Positions 41,061 to 54,368 of a stretch of 64,000 bases of DNA are shown here, piece after piece; position 1 is the stretch's first letter, and each line of letters opens with the position of its first letter. A model generated the notes under the pieces. The model did not search any database and was not told the origin of the DNA. It was given only the letters and a program-made list of their open reading frames with translations. Position numbers and translations under genes: made by a program. Where the stretch lies: the NCBI RefSeq assembly GCF_006345805.1, contig NC_043013.1, positions 51,522,001 through 51,586,000 of the forward strand. The letters are read 5' to 3'. This DNA is from Octopus sinensis (Eukaryota).

Positions 41061-42300
41061 TCGGGTTATCCCATAAATAATGCAGTTTTTTTATACTTCT
41101 TTTATTTTTCAAAATTATGATAAAGTTCTTTTTTACTCTAAAATATACTCTCCTTGATTTTCTACAATGCTCTTCCGGTAGGCTTGTAAGGCCCCTCTTC
41201 CAAAATTCACTTGTCCGTGATGAAAAATACTCCTCCGGAACTGTTCTGACCTCGCCTACAGAATTCATAATTTTTCAGTCTAATTGAATTTGAAGACTAC
41301 GAAATAAATGATAATCAGATGGGGCAATGTTCGGCGAATATGGTGGTTGGAGAATCGTTACCCATTCAAACTGCTCCAGCCTTTGGAATGTCATCCTCGT
41401 CGTATGTGGCCGAGCATTATCCTGATGGAAGAACACCATCGGTTTTGAAACCAAAGACGGTCGTTTTCCTTCTTACGCTGACTTAAGGCGCTTAAGCTGC
41501 TCGCAGTAAATCTCCTTTATTATCGTTTGTTTTGGGTTTAAAAGTTCAAAGTGGACTAATCCTTTCATTTCCCGCTAAGCAAATAACAACACCTCCCCTG
41601 GGTGAAGATATTCTTCAGCTGACGGTGTCAGTGTTTCTCCTTTCCCTACCCACTGTCTTTGACCCTTGGCATTTTTATAGAGAACACATTTCTCGTCACC
41701 AGTCACTATTCGGTCCAAAAAAGGTTTATTCGTGAGACATGACAGCAAAGAAGATTCACTCTCTTTGCGCGATTAGACTCGGAAAGCTTGTGAGGACCAC
41801 ATTGACCCAATTTGCTGACTATTCCAATGACACGCAGATGTCGATGAATGGTTGAATGACCAAATCCAAGCTTCTCTGCTAGTTCCGATGGGATTTTGTT
41901 CCACCAGGGTTATCAGGATGTCCTCGTCGAGCTGTAGAGATATTCGTGGACGAAGTCCGTCTTCTAGGCTCTAGTTTCCGGCTCGGAATTTCTGGAACTA
42001 CCGTTGACACTGGCTTACGCTTACTACATTAATATTCCTTGCACTTCCCGTTGTGTTGTTGCCGTTAATGAACTCAAAAAGCAAAATATGTCGAATATGC
42101 TTTTTTGTCCCTTCCATTATAACTTTGAAAACATGGCTTTTAAAATCGAACTGCACTCTTCAAAACTTACACTAAGAATAAGTACAAGATGAAATTATTA
42201 CCTGCTTTTATAGTAAGCTGATGCAGGTAGTTTATCTCGTCCCCCTCCGACTTTTAGTTCATGCAATTAAAAAAAATGCATTATTTATGGGATGAACATG
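41061..42300 (-). mobile_element. Degenerate full-length mariner element with transposase pseudogene
   Basis: TIR core tcccataaataatgca at both ends, TA flanks, ~1.24 kb; minus-strand motifs IVTGDEK, HQDNARPH and PPYSPNIAPSDYHLF, with stops and frameshifts. Confidence 0.88.
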
Positions 42301-42387
<87 letters not shown>

Positions 42388-42777
42388 GGGGGAAGGCAGA
42401 CATACAGAGACAGAGAAGGAATTGAGAGAGAGGGGGAAGGAGAGAGGGAAACGGAGAAGAGTGAGAGAAAGGGAGTGAAAGTGGGAGAGTGTGAGAGAGA
42501 TACCGGCTCACATGTATATGCATATAAAACATGTTAAACTCGGGGGAACAAGAGAATGACTCGAGCAAAATAAAACATCTACAATGGTTCTGAGTACCTT
42601 TCTTTAACCGATTGTCAACACTGTGTGAGCGTATGTATGTTTGTATGTATGTATATGTGTGTGTGTAAATGCGTGTGTATGTGTGTGGTGTATGTGAGTG
42701 TGTTGTGTGTGTGTGTGTGTAATAGAGGCCGCAGTCATATGACTGAAGCTCGTAAAAGAATAAGAGACGGAAGAATA

Positions 42778-42822
<45 letters not shown>

Positions 42823-43811
42823 TATACACACACACCACATAGACGTACATATATATCCATACACACACACACACTCACACATGCATGCACCGTGCCCTAC
42901 GCCACGCTACGTTGGTGGCGATGCACGAACGTCCGTCCCTTCTCATATCCTGGCCCCCTATTGTTTCAGCTGACAGCCTGGCAAACAGTGTAAAAAAAAG
43001 ACAATATCTCTCGCAGGACAAACCCCGTGCGGTGGGAGCTTAGGGGAAGTAGTTATTTAATACATCGTCAGTCGTAAGTCTCTATAAGTTTAGTTGCCTT
43101 AACCCCTTATCTGATCCTAAAGTTCTTCTCACAGCTGATTATATTAGCGGACTTAGAAGTCCCTAAAAAAACAAATAATACAAACACTCTAGAACCCCGC
43201 CCCTCTTGACTTCACAGACAGACAAACAAGAGGAGCAGCGACGGGCTGTGAGGTTACGGTGAACAAATGATGTATTATATAGAATGTAGGAAGAGACGGA
43301 GGTGGTGGGGAAGAAGGGGGGTTGAGATATAGAGGTCAGATGTCAAGGGTTAGTTGGTGCAGATGTCATTGATGTCAAGATGCTCTCAGAGTGTGATAAA
43401 TATGTAAATAACGCTCAGTTACAAAGAATTTTGTAGTAAGGGAAAACAATTGATTCATGGTACGTCTCCATATATACTTTACACACACACACATGTGCGT
43501 GTGCGTGCGTGTGTGTGTGTCTGTGCGTATGTTTGTGTGTACGCATACTATCATACACACATTACAAACACATTACGATGCACATACAATCGCATATATG
43601 TATGGATATGTTGTGTGTATGTGTCTACATACAATACACGCATATATATCTAATCTATCTATCTATCTATCTATCTATCTATATATATATATATATATAT
43701 ATCTATATATATATTATATAATAAATATATATAAAATAAAACGCAATATATAAAAACGCAAAACACTCAAAGAGACGACCAAAAAACGGATGGGTCATTC
43801 GAAGCCTCTAA

Positions 43812-43883
43812 TCTTCAGTCAAGAACCGGATCATCCTCGCAATTTCGGCTGATTAATCTTGAGATCGCTCATATCCGCCAGCC
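43812..43883 (-). ncRNA. Candidate permuted hammerhead-like motif, copy A
   Basis: Minus strand: GGCTG (10 nt) GCGA TC TCAAGA ttaat CAGCC GAAA TTGC (14 nt) TCTTGA CTGAAGA. Confidence 0.6.
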
Positions 43884-44599
43884 CCAGGGAAAAACTAAGC
43901 TACGAGCATTAGATTTCTTGGAAAGAGGATCGAATGTATACGAAACAAGGATAAAAACACGGACGATGCCACACGAATATAAATACAAAAAACAATAATA
44001 GTAATTACAGGACAAAAACAACCGGGTGTCTTACGACTTTAGACAGTTCAACTTAGCTTAGCTGGCGTATTTTTGGAAAAAATTGCATATATATATATAT
44101 ATATCTATATATATATATATATTTATATATATATAGAGAGAGAGAGAGGAGAGGAGAGAGAGAGAGAGGGAGAGGGGGAAGGCAGACATACAGAGACAGA
44201 GAAGGAGGAATTGAGAGAGAGGGGGAAGGAGAGAGGGAAACGGAGAAAGAGTGAGAGAAAGGGAGTGAAAGTGGGAGAGTGTGAGAGAGATACCGGCTCA
44301 CATGTATATGCATATAAAACATGTGAAACTCGGGGGAACAAGAGAATGACTCGAGCAAAATAAAACATCTACAATGGTTCTGAGTACCTTTCTTTACCGA
44401 TTGTCAACACTGTGTGAGCGTATGTATGTTTGTATGTATGTATATGTGTGTGTGTAAATGCGTGTGTATGTGTGTGGGTGTATGTGAGTGTGTATGTGTG
44501 TGTGTGTGTGTATATAGGCCGCAGTCATATGACTGAAGCTCGTAAAAGAATAAGAGACGGAAAGAATATATATATGTATATATATATATATATATATAT

Positions 44600-44631
<32 letters not shown>

Positions 44632-45605
44632 AGACGTCATATATATCCATACACACACACACACTCACACACATGCATGCACCGTGCCCTACGCCACGCT
44701 ACGTTGGTGGCGATGCACGAACGTCCGTCCCTTCTCATATCCTGGCCCCCTATTGTTTCAGCTGACAGCCTGGCAAACAGTGTAAAAAAAAAGACAAATA
44801 TCTCTCGCAGGACAAACCCCGATGCGGTGGAGCTTAGGGGAAGTAGTTAATACATCGTCAGTCGTAAGTCTCTATATAAGTTTAGTTGCCTTAACCCCTT
44901 ATCTGATCCCTAAAGTTCCTTCTCACAGCTGATTATATTAGCGGAACTTAGAAGTCCCTAACAAAAACAAAATAACACAACAACTCTAGAACCCCGCACC
45001 CTCTTGACTTCACAGACAGACAAACAAGAGGAGCAGCGACGGGCTGTGAGGTTACGTGAACAAATGATGTATTATATAGAATGTAGGAAGAGACGGAGGT
45101 GGTGGGGAAGAAGGGGGGTTGAGATATAGAGGTCAGATGTCAAGGGTTAGTTGGTGCAGATGTCATTGATGTCAAGATGCTCTCAGAGTGTGATAAATAT
45201 GTAAATAACGCTCAGTTACAAAGAATTTTGTAGTAAGGGAAAACAATTGATTCATGGTACGTCTCCATATATACTTTACACACACACACATGTGCGTGTG
45301 CGTTGCGTGTTGTGGTGTGTCTGTGCGTATGTTGTGTGTACGCATACTATCATACACACATTACAAACACATTACGATGCACATACAATCGCATATATGT
45401 ATGGATATGTGTGTGTGTATGTTCTACATACATACACGCATTATATTCTATATCTATCTATCTATCTATCTATCTATATATATATATATATATATATATA
45501 CTATATATATATAAATAAATATAAAAATACAAAACGCAATATATAAAAACGCAAAACACTCAAAGAGACGACACAAAAAACGGATGGGTCATTCGAAGCC
45601 TCTAA

Positions 45606-45678
45606 TCTTCAGTCAAGAACCGGATCATCCTCGCAATTTCGGCTGATTAATCTTGAGATCGCTCATATCCAGCCAGCC
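45606..45678 (-). ncRNA. Candidate permuted hammerhead-like motif, copy A' (duplicate of A)
   Basis: Same helices and core as 43812-43883. Confidence 0.55.
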
Positions 45679-45896
45679 CCAGGGAAAAACTAAGCTACGA
45701 GCATTAGATTTCTTGGAAAGAGGATCGAATGTATACGAAACAAGGATAAAAAAACGGACGATGCCACACGAATATAAATACAAAAAACAATAATAGTAAT
45801 TACAGGACAAAACAGCGGGTGTGTTACGACTTTAGACAGTTCAACTTAGCTTAGCTGGCGTATTTGGAAAAAAATGCAGTATATATATTATATATA

Positions 45897-45975
<79 letters not shown>

Positions 45976-46094
45976 TAGAAGATAGATAATAGATAGATAG
46001 ATAGATAGATTCGAATGAATGTGATGCTTAAGTTGAGGCACCAGAATTTAGTACGGTATTATCAATACAATTTCAAAATAAGATGATATATATA

Positions 46095-46127
<33 letters not shown>

Positions 46128-46130
<3 letters not shown>

Positions 46131-46295
46131 TGCAGGAGTGGCTGTGTAGTAAGTAGCTTGCTAACCAACGACATGGTTGCGGGTTCAGTTCCACTGCATA
46201 TCACCTTGAGCAAGTGTTTTCTACAATAGCCTCGGGCCGACCAAAGCCTTGTGAGTGGATTTGGCAGACGGAAACTGAAAAAAGCCCGTCGTATA
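46128..46295 (+). mobile_element. S1 SINE 5' half
   Basis: aggtgcaggagtggctgtgtagtaagtagc...ccttgagcaagtg. Confidence 0.85.
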
Positions 46296-46860
46296 TATTT
46301 ATATATATATATACACACATATATATATCTATACACACACACACACACACACACATATATAAACATTATATATATATATAAATAGATGAGTGTATTTTTA
46401 CCTTGTTAACAATTAACACGGAAAAATAAATAAATAGTTACCAGGGCAGCAAAAATCTCACAAGTAAAGATGTAACTCCTTGTTTATAAAGGTTGAAACT
46501 TCGTGTTTACGTTGAATGTTTCGAAAATTCCACTGATACTATTCAAAAGAATAAAGGGTATAAACAATGCAATCTTCTCTTCGGGAAAGTGAAAAAAACG
46601 AAACTCGTCAATACGACATTTTAGCAAAAAATGATGGATTTGTATAGCGATAGATAGAACGCTATTAATATTGTTTAAAAAAACGTTATATGATATAACG
46701 TCATAAGTAGCTAACAGAAAGAGTAGGGATATTAATAGTGAATGTTAAATATAAAGGAAATTAAAGTTTAAATTATATATAATGATAGAGACTAATTAAT
46801 GCACTAAAGTATGTTTCTGCCAATGCTTACATCTGTATGCTCGTTCTATAACCGTGTTTA

Positions 46861-47905
46861 CTAGAGTATTTTTAGAAAAAATAATGAAAAATAGCTCAGA
46901 ATTGCAGAGAAGACAGAATTCTTGCCTTTGTCATATGGTATCGAAATTGAGAGGATCAAGCATTCTAAATGAAATTGTTCATTGTGGTCTTTTAAATCCC
47001 AAATCAGTTTGCTGAGACCGGTACTATTCCGTTTATTTCTATCCCTAAATGTTGAGTAATGGATAGAAATTCTTTTAGATAACTCTAACGATGTGCTTCC
47101 AATGTAAAATCGTACTTTATTACGAGTACTGATTATACACTGGTATATAGAATTTTTAATCTTAGAGTTACTTGACATAAATTTAATTCTATTGGAATTG
47201 ACTTCAGATACAATAACCTTGTTATTAATATTTCTAGAGGGTTGGATGGTATTAGCTAAATTAATGTTAGTATTAGTAAATATATTAATATTTAACAGTT
47301 TGTTATTATGAGAGGATATACTTTGCAAGAGATTTTTTGTGTTTGAAAAACCTATCCTAACCTTATGTGAATTAATTATAGAGTAATATCTAGAATTGTT
47401 TGGAAAATTCCTAGCTATAGCTTGACGAAACAGCAGTGGGAGATTAGATTTAATTTGTCTCCCATAAGGAATTATTAACCAAATATTTTTACTAGTATTC
47501 ATAGCGTAATTACTTTTAAAGGTGTTATATTTACTTTTAGATCGATAATAGGAGATTAAATAAGGGTTATCTGCCTTCATTCGCTTTGTATCGGTGCGTA
47601 AGTTATGTTTGTTATCAATAATTCTTTTACGACGAAATCTTATATACATTTATTGAATTTACAATTAGACTGAGCAGAATCAATGTAGAAAATTTTTTTC
47701 TGTATAACCTGCTTTGATTAAGGCAGAGTTATAGAATTCAGCGTTATTATTGAAAATATCAACATTAGCAGATAATTTAGATAATCTAAATGAAATATTC
47801 TTAACTAAATTCTTAGCAATTGCTCCAGGATGATTACTAAATTTGCTAATGTACTTAAGATTGGTCAACGGTTTATGATATGGGAAGTAAGAGTCACTGA
47901 GTAAA
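46861..47905 (-). pseudogene. PLE RT thumb, linker and GIY-YIG endonuclease (frameshifted)
   Basis: YHKPLTNLKYISKFSNHP...NSALIKAGY (thumb); NSIYQCII...FYIGSTS...KRISIHYSTF...TGLSKLIWDLKD; CLLCNSE in the shifted frame. Confidence 0.88.
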
Positions 47906-48303
47906 TTTACACAGTGACTCTTACTTCCCATATCATAAACCGTTGACCAATCTTAAGTACATTAGCAAATTTAGTAATCATCCTGGAGCAATTGCTAAGA
48001 ATTTAGTTAAGAATATTTCATTTAGATTATCTAAATTATCTGCTAATGTTGATATTTTCAATAATAACGCTGAATTCTATAACTCTGCCTTAATCAAAGC
48101 AGGTTATACAGAAAAAATTTTCTACATTGATTTAATTTCCTTTATATTTAACATTCACTATTAATATCCCTACTCTTTCTCTTAGCTACTTATGACGTTA
48201 TATCATATAACGTTTTTTTAAATAATATTAATAGCGTTCTGTCTATCGCTATACAAATCCATCATTTTTGCTAAAATGTCGTATTGACGAGTTTCGTTTT
48301 TTC

Positions 48304-48389
48304 ACTTTCCCGAAGAGAAGATTGCATTGTTTATACCATTTATTCTTTTGAATAGTATCAGTGGAATTTTCGAAACATGTGTAGAAAGT
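48304..48389 (+). ncRNA. Type-I hammerhead motif in the inverted pLTR (CCGAAGA core)
   Basis: actttc CCGAAGA gaagatt...aattttc GAAA catgtg TA gaaagt; perfect 6-bp stem I, long stem II capped by tattc-tttt-gaata. Confidence 0.8.
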
Positions 48390-48610
48390 AAAAATACTTG
48401 TTTAAACCTGCGTTAACTCCATTTTTTATTCATATATTATATATATATATATATATAATATATATATATATATATAATATATATATTAGAGCATTTTAGC
48501 TCTTATTTCTAGCAATGTAGGTGTTCTAACACCCTAGTCACATTTGGTTATAGCTTTCCTTTTTGGTAAAACATTGCAAACTGCAGTCTATATTAATTTT
48601 ATGCGTGCGA

Positions 48611-48649
<39 letters not shown>

Positions 48650-48696
48650 ACACACACACACACACACGCACATATATATATTGATACGTAAGAAGT

Positions 48697-48960
48697 ACCA
48701 TTCCAGCGTGACCGAGGCCTGTGCCGCCTGACTGGCTCCCGTGCCAGTGACGTATAAAATGCACCCACTTCGCCCTCGGAGTGGTTGGCGTTAGAAAGAG
48801 CATCCAGCTGTACAAACCTTGCCAAATTAGATTGGTGCCTGGTGCATCCTCCCGGTTTTCCAGTTCCCAATCAAACCGTCCAACCCATGCCAGCATGGAA
48901 AGCAGACGTTAAATGACGACGACGACGCGACGACGACGACGACGACGACTGTGATGATGA
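48697..48960 (+). mobile_element. SINE/LINE 3' tail fragment ending in (GAC)n/(GAT)n
   Basis: ggttggcgttagaaagagcatccagctgt...cccatgccagcatggaaagcagacgttaaatgacgacgac. Confidence 0.6.
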
Positions 48961-49344
48961 TGATGATGATGATGATGATTATATGATTCTCGCCATTGAA
49001 AAGTTCCCAAAAGACTGAAAGGAATCCAGCATTCTTGGTGGTTGATGCTGGGGCGATTTTTCTCTCCCTTTGGTATTCATTGCATCGAAACACTATTACG
49101 GACACAGTGTTGTGTTAGGGAAATAGACATCACAGCATAAATAGTGAAGTAATTGGCCCATCGACCACGTATCAACCACATGCGTAATGTATGTACATTT
49201 GGAATGATATCTAGATGGTTCTTTTGTTCTGATATGATATGGTAGCTACGTCTTATAGGATGAGTGACCATGTCTTACCAGCTTAGTCATTTGTAATTAT
49301 GTAATTATGTGATTAATATCATCATAACGGATAACATTTAACTA

Positions 49345-49591
49345 TTTGGTGCATAATTATTGCGGCTGTATTTTAACAAATTTTATTCAACAAAAACAAT
49401 AACAATATTTAACAAAAACATCTTTAAATGACTGTCTGACCATCTTCCAAGCAAATGGCAATCAGTAATTGAAGTAGATGGTGAATATGCTCCGGAATAA
49501 TCATTTAAAGATGTGTTTGTTACATGTTGTTATTGTTTTTGTTGAATAAAATTTGTTGAAAAAAGGCCGCAATAATTATGCACCAACCCAA
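49345..49591. mobile_element. Mariner-derived MITE, copy 2
   Basis: Same TIRs as 27556-27770; interior retains a transposase C-terminal remnant LPSKWQSVIEVDGEYAPE*. Confidence 0.85.
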
Positions 49592-49743
49592 TATTATGGT
49601 ATGTCCCCCGGGAATTCTGGTTACCTGGTTCTGGTTTCTACCTTAATTGTATTTGAATAATAAACTCTCAATATCTCACTCCCCCGTTATTTACGAAATG
49701 AAACCTTTGATACAACTTGATGTATATTTACCATAATATATGC

Positions 49744-50415
49744 CAGTGGTTCCATAATTTTTTCAGGCTGCCACCCGCTTAACACCCAAGCCACATCCCT
49801 AGTATTCTCCTTACCTATTCACCACCATCGACACCAACTACTTTCTGCTTCAAATTCAAAGAAACTATTTCACAAATAATGTTTAACTTATAGGCGCAGG
49901 AATGGCTGTGTGGTAAGTAGCTTGCTAACCAACCACATGGTTCCGGGTTCAGTCCCACAGCGTGGCATCTTGGGCAAGTGTCTTCTGCTATAGCCCCGGG
50001 CCGACCAATGCCTTGTGAGTGAATTTGGTAGACGGAAACTGAAAGAAGCCTCTCGTATATATGTATATATATGCGTGTGTGTGTTTGTGTGTCTGTGTTT
50101 GTCCCTCTAGCATTGCTTGACAACCGATGCTGGTGTGTTTACGTCCCCGTTACTTAGCGGTTCGGCAAAAGAGACCGATAGAATAAGTACTGGGCTTAGA
50201 AAGAATAAGTCCCGGGGTCGATTTGCTCGACTAAAGGCGGTGCTCCAGCATGGCCGCAGTCAAATGACTGAAACAAATAAAAGAGCAAAATAAAACGAGT
50301 AACCCATTACTTAGGTTTTTTTAACCCTAATTTTCTTCAACGCTTCTTCCCCTTGGTCTTTATACCCCACCCACACGTTGCAAGGGGGCAGTACCACTTA
50401 CTCTGGGAACCACTG
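49744..50415. mobile_element. Putative hAT-type MITE containing an S1 insertion
   Basis: Termini cagtggttcc / ggaaccactg; no clean 8-bp TSD seen. Confidence 0.45.
49892..50286 (+). mobile_element. Full-length S1 SINE
   Basis: Near-identical to 4503-4917. Confidence 0.92.
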
Positions 50416-51179
50416 ATTTATATGCAATCATATTTTTAAAACACTTTAACTTACTAATGTTGCTCCTTTCCTTTTGTTTCCCCTTGTTTTCACATTATTT
50501 TCATTTATCCGCTTTAAGAAATTCTGCAATGTGTCGCTGTGAGAAGTAATTAAATATCTTCGTTTTAAATTCTACGTGAAAATTTGTTAACAAGTTACTC
50601 AAGATCGAAAGTTCCTTCCTGTTAAATTATTTCAGATTTACTTTGGTCTGTTGAGTGTCGTAATGTAAAAAGAGGTTAAACTGTCAGACGATTCTACCAA
50701 CTAATTTTATTTCCTGGCTCGAACAGTTTCACATCACTAAATATGGTAATGCCTTAAAATGCTTATTACAGAATCTCATTTATTTACTCCTTAATTCCTG
50801 AGAGGTTTGGCGCCAGTATAAATAAACATGAATTCAGTGAAGAAATGTAAAAACTGTGTTTGTATCTACGACAACAGATTTCACCAAAATTAATTGCTTT
50901 TTCTTTGTGTCCACTTCTGCTTCGAATTACATATTAAACAGCATCACTAGGTTTACTTCGGATATTAAGATTAAATTAATGTATTTAAGTTTGGGACTGA
51001 TTATCCCAGTGGTTTGGTTTTTAACTTTAAAATAATGCTACTTCACTTAATATGAAAATATTCTTGGGACTTGTGGAAATTACAATTTTATTCATCATTA
51101 AGAACTTCCGGGTTTCTTAATTCATATGAAAAGTTGTTCTTTGGTTCCTGGAAAGAATGCATTGCAACGCCTCCAAAAC

Positions 51180-52380
51180 ATTGAAATATGTTATTTTTCA
51201 ACAAGGCTTACAGATTTCGCCAGGAGGTCAGATATTTGCCCCCAGTATTCAACTGGTACTCGTTTTATCGACTCTGAAAGGGGCGAAAAGCAAAATTAGT
51301 CTCTGCAGCATTTGGACTCAGAACATAAAGAGTCGAAGAAACGCTATTAAACATTTTGTCCGACGCACCAACGATTCTGCCAGCACACCACATTTAAAAC
51401 ATTTGTCAATACAATAATATTACACTTCTGTACATGATTGTTTCCATCATAGGTACGGGGGCTGAAATCTGTCTGGGACTGTGTCATTTGATTATATCAA
51501 CACTAGTACTTGACTAGTATTTTGTTTTCCGACCCCAGAAGTGATGAAAGACAAAGTCAGCTACATCAGGATTTGATCGCAGAACATCGAGTCGTAGTTA
51601 AATATCGCAAGAGCTTTTGTGCGACGCTCTAACGTATCTCTTAATACACCACCCACACACCTATGCACATAATTGTTTCTAATTTAGGTAGAAGACACGT
51701 TCTGAGTTCAAATAGGGCCGGGATCGACTTTGTCTTTCATCCCGTCTATGTCGATAGCGTAGGCGTCAGTCGAGTGCTGAGGTCTATGTAATCGAGTTAC
51801 CCACAAGACAGAATTTCTGAAAACAATTCAAGTACAGGACCCGAAATTTAGGAAAGGAATTCGAAGATATCATTGCCTGCTAATATTTGATGGTTGGTAT
51901 TTTAGTTTAAATTCCGGCGAAGTGAAGGGCAAAGCCGACCTCAGCAGGATTTGTAAAGAGCAATATTAATTTCAAATGTTGACACAAGGATAGCAAGTTC
52001 GGGGGAGGGGGTGTAAGTTGATGATATCGAGTTCACAACTCAAGTAGTACTTATTTTATCGAACTCGAAAGGATAAAAGGCTAAGTCGACCTCGGAGGAG
52101 TTTGAAATTAGAACGTGAAGGCGAACGAAATGTCGCAGGGCATTTTGTCCGGCGTACTTGATTCTGCCCGCTCGCCATCTTAGATCTGGAACTAATTGTT
52201 GTTTTAAATTTTGCTACAAGTCAAGTAATTTCGAGCGAGTGGGGAAGTCGACTATATCGACCCCAGAACTCAACTGGTACTCATTTTATCGACCCCCCAG
52301 AGTTCAACTGGTACTTATTTTATCGATTCCGAAAGTATGAAAGTCAAAGTCGACCATGGTGCATTGAAACTCAGAACGTT
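51180..52380. mobile_element. Cluster of degraded S2 SINE copies (mostly minus strand)
   Basis: Repeated aactggtact.ttttatcgac and aaagtcgacc motifs. Confidence 0.7.
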
Positions 52381-54106
52381 TCAGGGTCTTTCCCTCGATC
52401 GCTTTACAGCGTCCCCACATTAACAATGCGAACCTCACTTACTGGTTCGACTGTTTAGTATTCTACCTCAAGTCCATTTCCGGATCATGACCTCTTCAGC
52501 AAGGTTTCATCATTCCTTTGTAACCATATCCAAAGGCTGGATCTCTCAACTGGCGCCGGATCTCCCGCTTTCAGCCACTCCAGCCAGCTGCATAATGTAA
52601 AACTTCATAAATGTTTATACGGAATAGCGAAATATTGTAGTTATTAGTGAAACGTTGTGTGGTGGGAATAATAATTTATATAAATTACCGCTCGACATGA
52701 AGAAGGAAGCGCATGATGCGATGTGCTTAATGTGGTTAACAGGAAGATGGAAATGCGGTAAAATGGTGAGGATAAAGAATAACGATGATGAACGAAGAGT
52801 GTGATAAGGATAGACGTAGTTTAAAGAGTAAAGGTTAAAGTAATTTATTTGAATGAATGAATGAATGGTGTTTTTGATGCTGTTTTTAAATAAGACATTT
52901 AGATACAAGAGAAGTCTACATGATATGTGTGTGTGTGTGTGTGTGTGTGTCTGTGTGTATGTTCGTGTGTGTGCGTATGTACATATATGTACACACACAT
53001 AGCTACATATATACATACATACATACATACATACATACATACATACATACATACATACATACTGTTGCCTCAGGGTTGCATCAAGTGGTTCCTGGCAGCA
53101 GAAGCCCGAACTGCAAGGAGCTTGTCCCTGAGAGAACCTTTCTGGTTACTTTTGGGTACCCCCTCATTTTCTCCAAAATTACATTATATATAAATATATG
53201 GATAGCTACATACATATATAATTAGTAGCGACAGAAGCAGTTTCAAAACCAAAAGTAATATTTATCTCCCACTTAAAATGGAGGTTGTGTTTGGGCACAG
53301 AATGCTGTTATTTACCAAGAGAGGGCCTCTCATATAGACTCGTGGTGCATAAGAGCGCTCATGTTTATATCGTTGACGGGTGATAATCCTCCGCTACAAA
53401 TCCGGGAACTGCCAGATCCCGTGATTTCAACCTTCCCGTGAACTTGTCAGTGACAGACTTTCAGCGGGGCCGTAGCAGCAGCCGATTACCCCATCAAAGA
53501 CATATAGAATCTCAGTGTCTAATTAGGCACCGGGCTTGCTAGCAGCCAGTGGGCTTATAAAAAAGGATTAATAAGGAATGAAACAATATTAACACCAAAG
53601 GGTTGGATTATACCAAGATAGGCACACAGGCAGAGAAAGAAAGAGAGAAAGGGAGGGAAAGTGAAACAAGACTAAATTATTCAGAAGGCTTCTCGCCAAA
53701 TGTTTGTATATGTATCTGGTTGTATGTATGTAAGTAATCATCTTTGTATATACGTTTATAATTATATACACTATACAACAAAGGAAACTCTATGCCTGGC
53801 ATTACATTCCTGTAGGCCTTTATTTCTTCTTCCATTTTCTCTCTATTTAAATGCATACATATATCATGTATACATACATATATATCATATATAACACGCA
53901 TATATATATATATGTATGTATGTGTATATGTGTATATATTCATACATATGTTTATATATATGCATATATATATGTATATATGTATATATGTGTATATATA
54001 CATACATATGCTTATATATACATATATATATATATGTGTGTATATGTATATAAGTGTATATATATACATATGTACACATATAAGTATATATGTATATGTA
54101 TATATG

Positions 54107-54141
<35 letters not shown>

Positions 54142-54271
54142 ATGATATATGTGTATATGTGTATATATATATATTTATATAATATATATATATATTTATA
54201 TTATATATATATATATATATTATATATATATATATAATATATATATTTATATATATATATATATATATTAT

Positions 54272-54368
<97 letters not shown>

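Larger units (their letters stand above)
42350..45880 (+). repeat. Tandem duplication of a ~1.8-kb unit (~42350-44085 and ~44160-45880)
   Basis: Near-identical unique and repeat sequence, differing mostly by small indels. Confidence 0.92.
46516..48425 (-). mobile_element. Penelope-like element, 5'-truncated, with fold-back and inverted pLTR
   Basis: 46516-46765 is the reverse complement of 48131-48378; palindrome at 47678-48132; PLE-type coding remnant on the minus strand. Confidence 0.88.

Noticed and set aside
52385-52600. Possible RTE-clade LINE 5' end (minus-strand VRIVNVGTL)
   Set aside because: A single short motif among stops; too little to annotate.
53230-53580. GC-richer segment as an HDV-like ribozyme or LINE 5' end
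   Set aside because: Only a simple hairpin was found; the nested double-pseudoknot could not be built.
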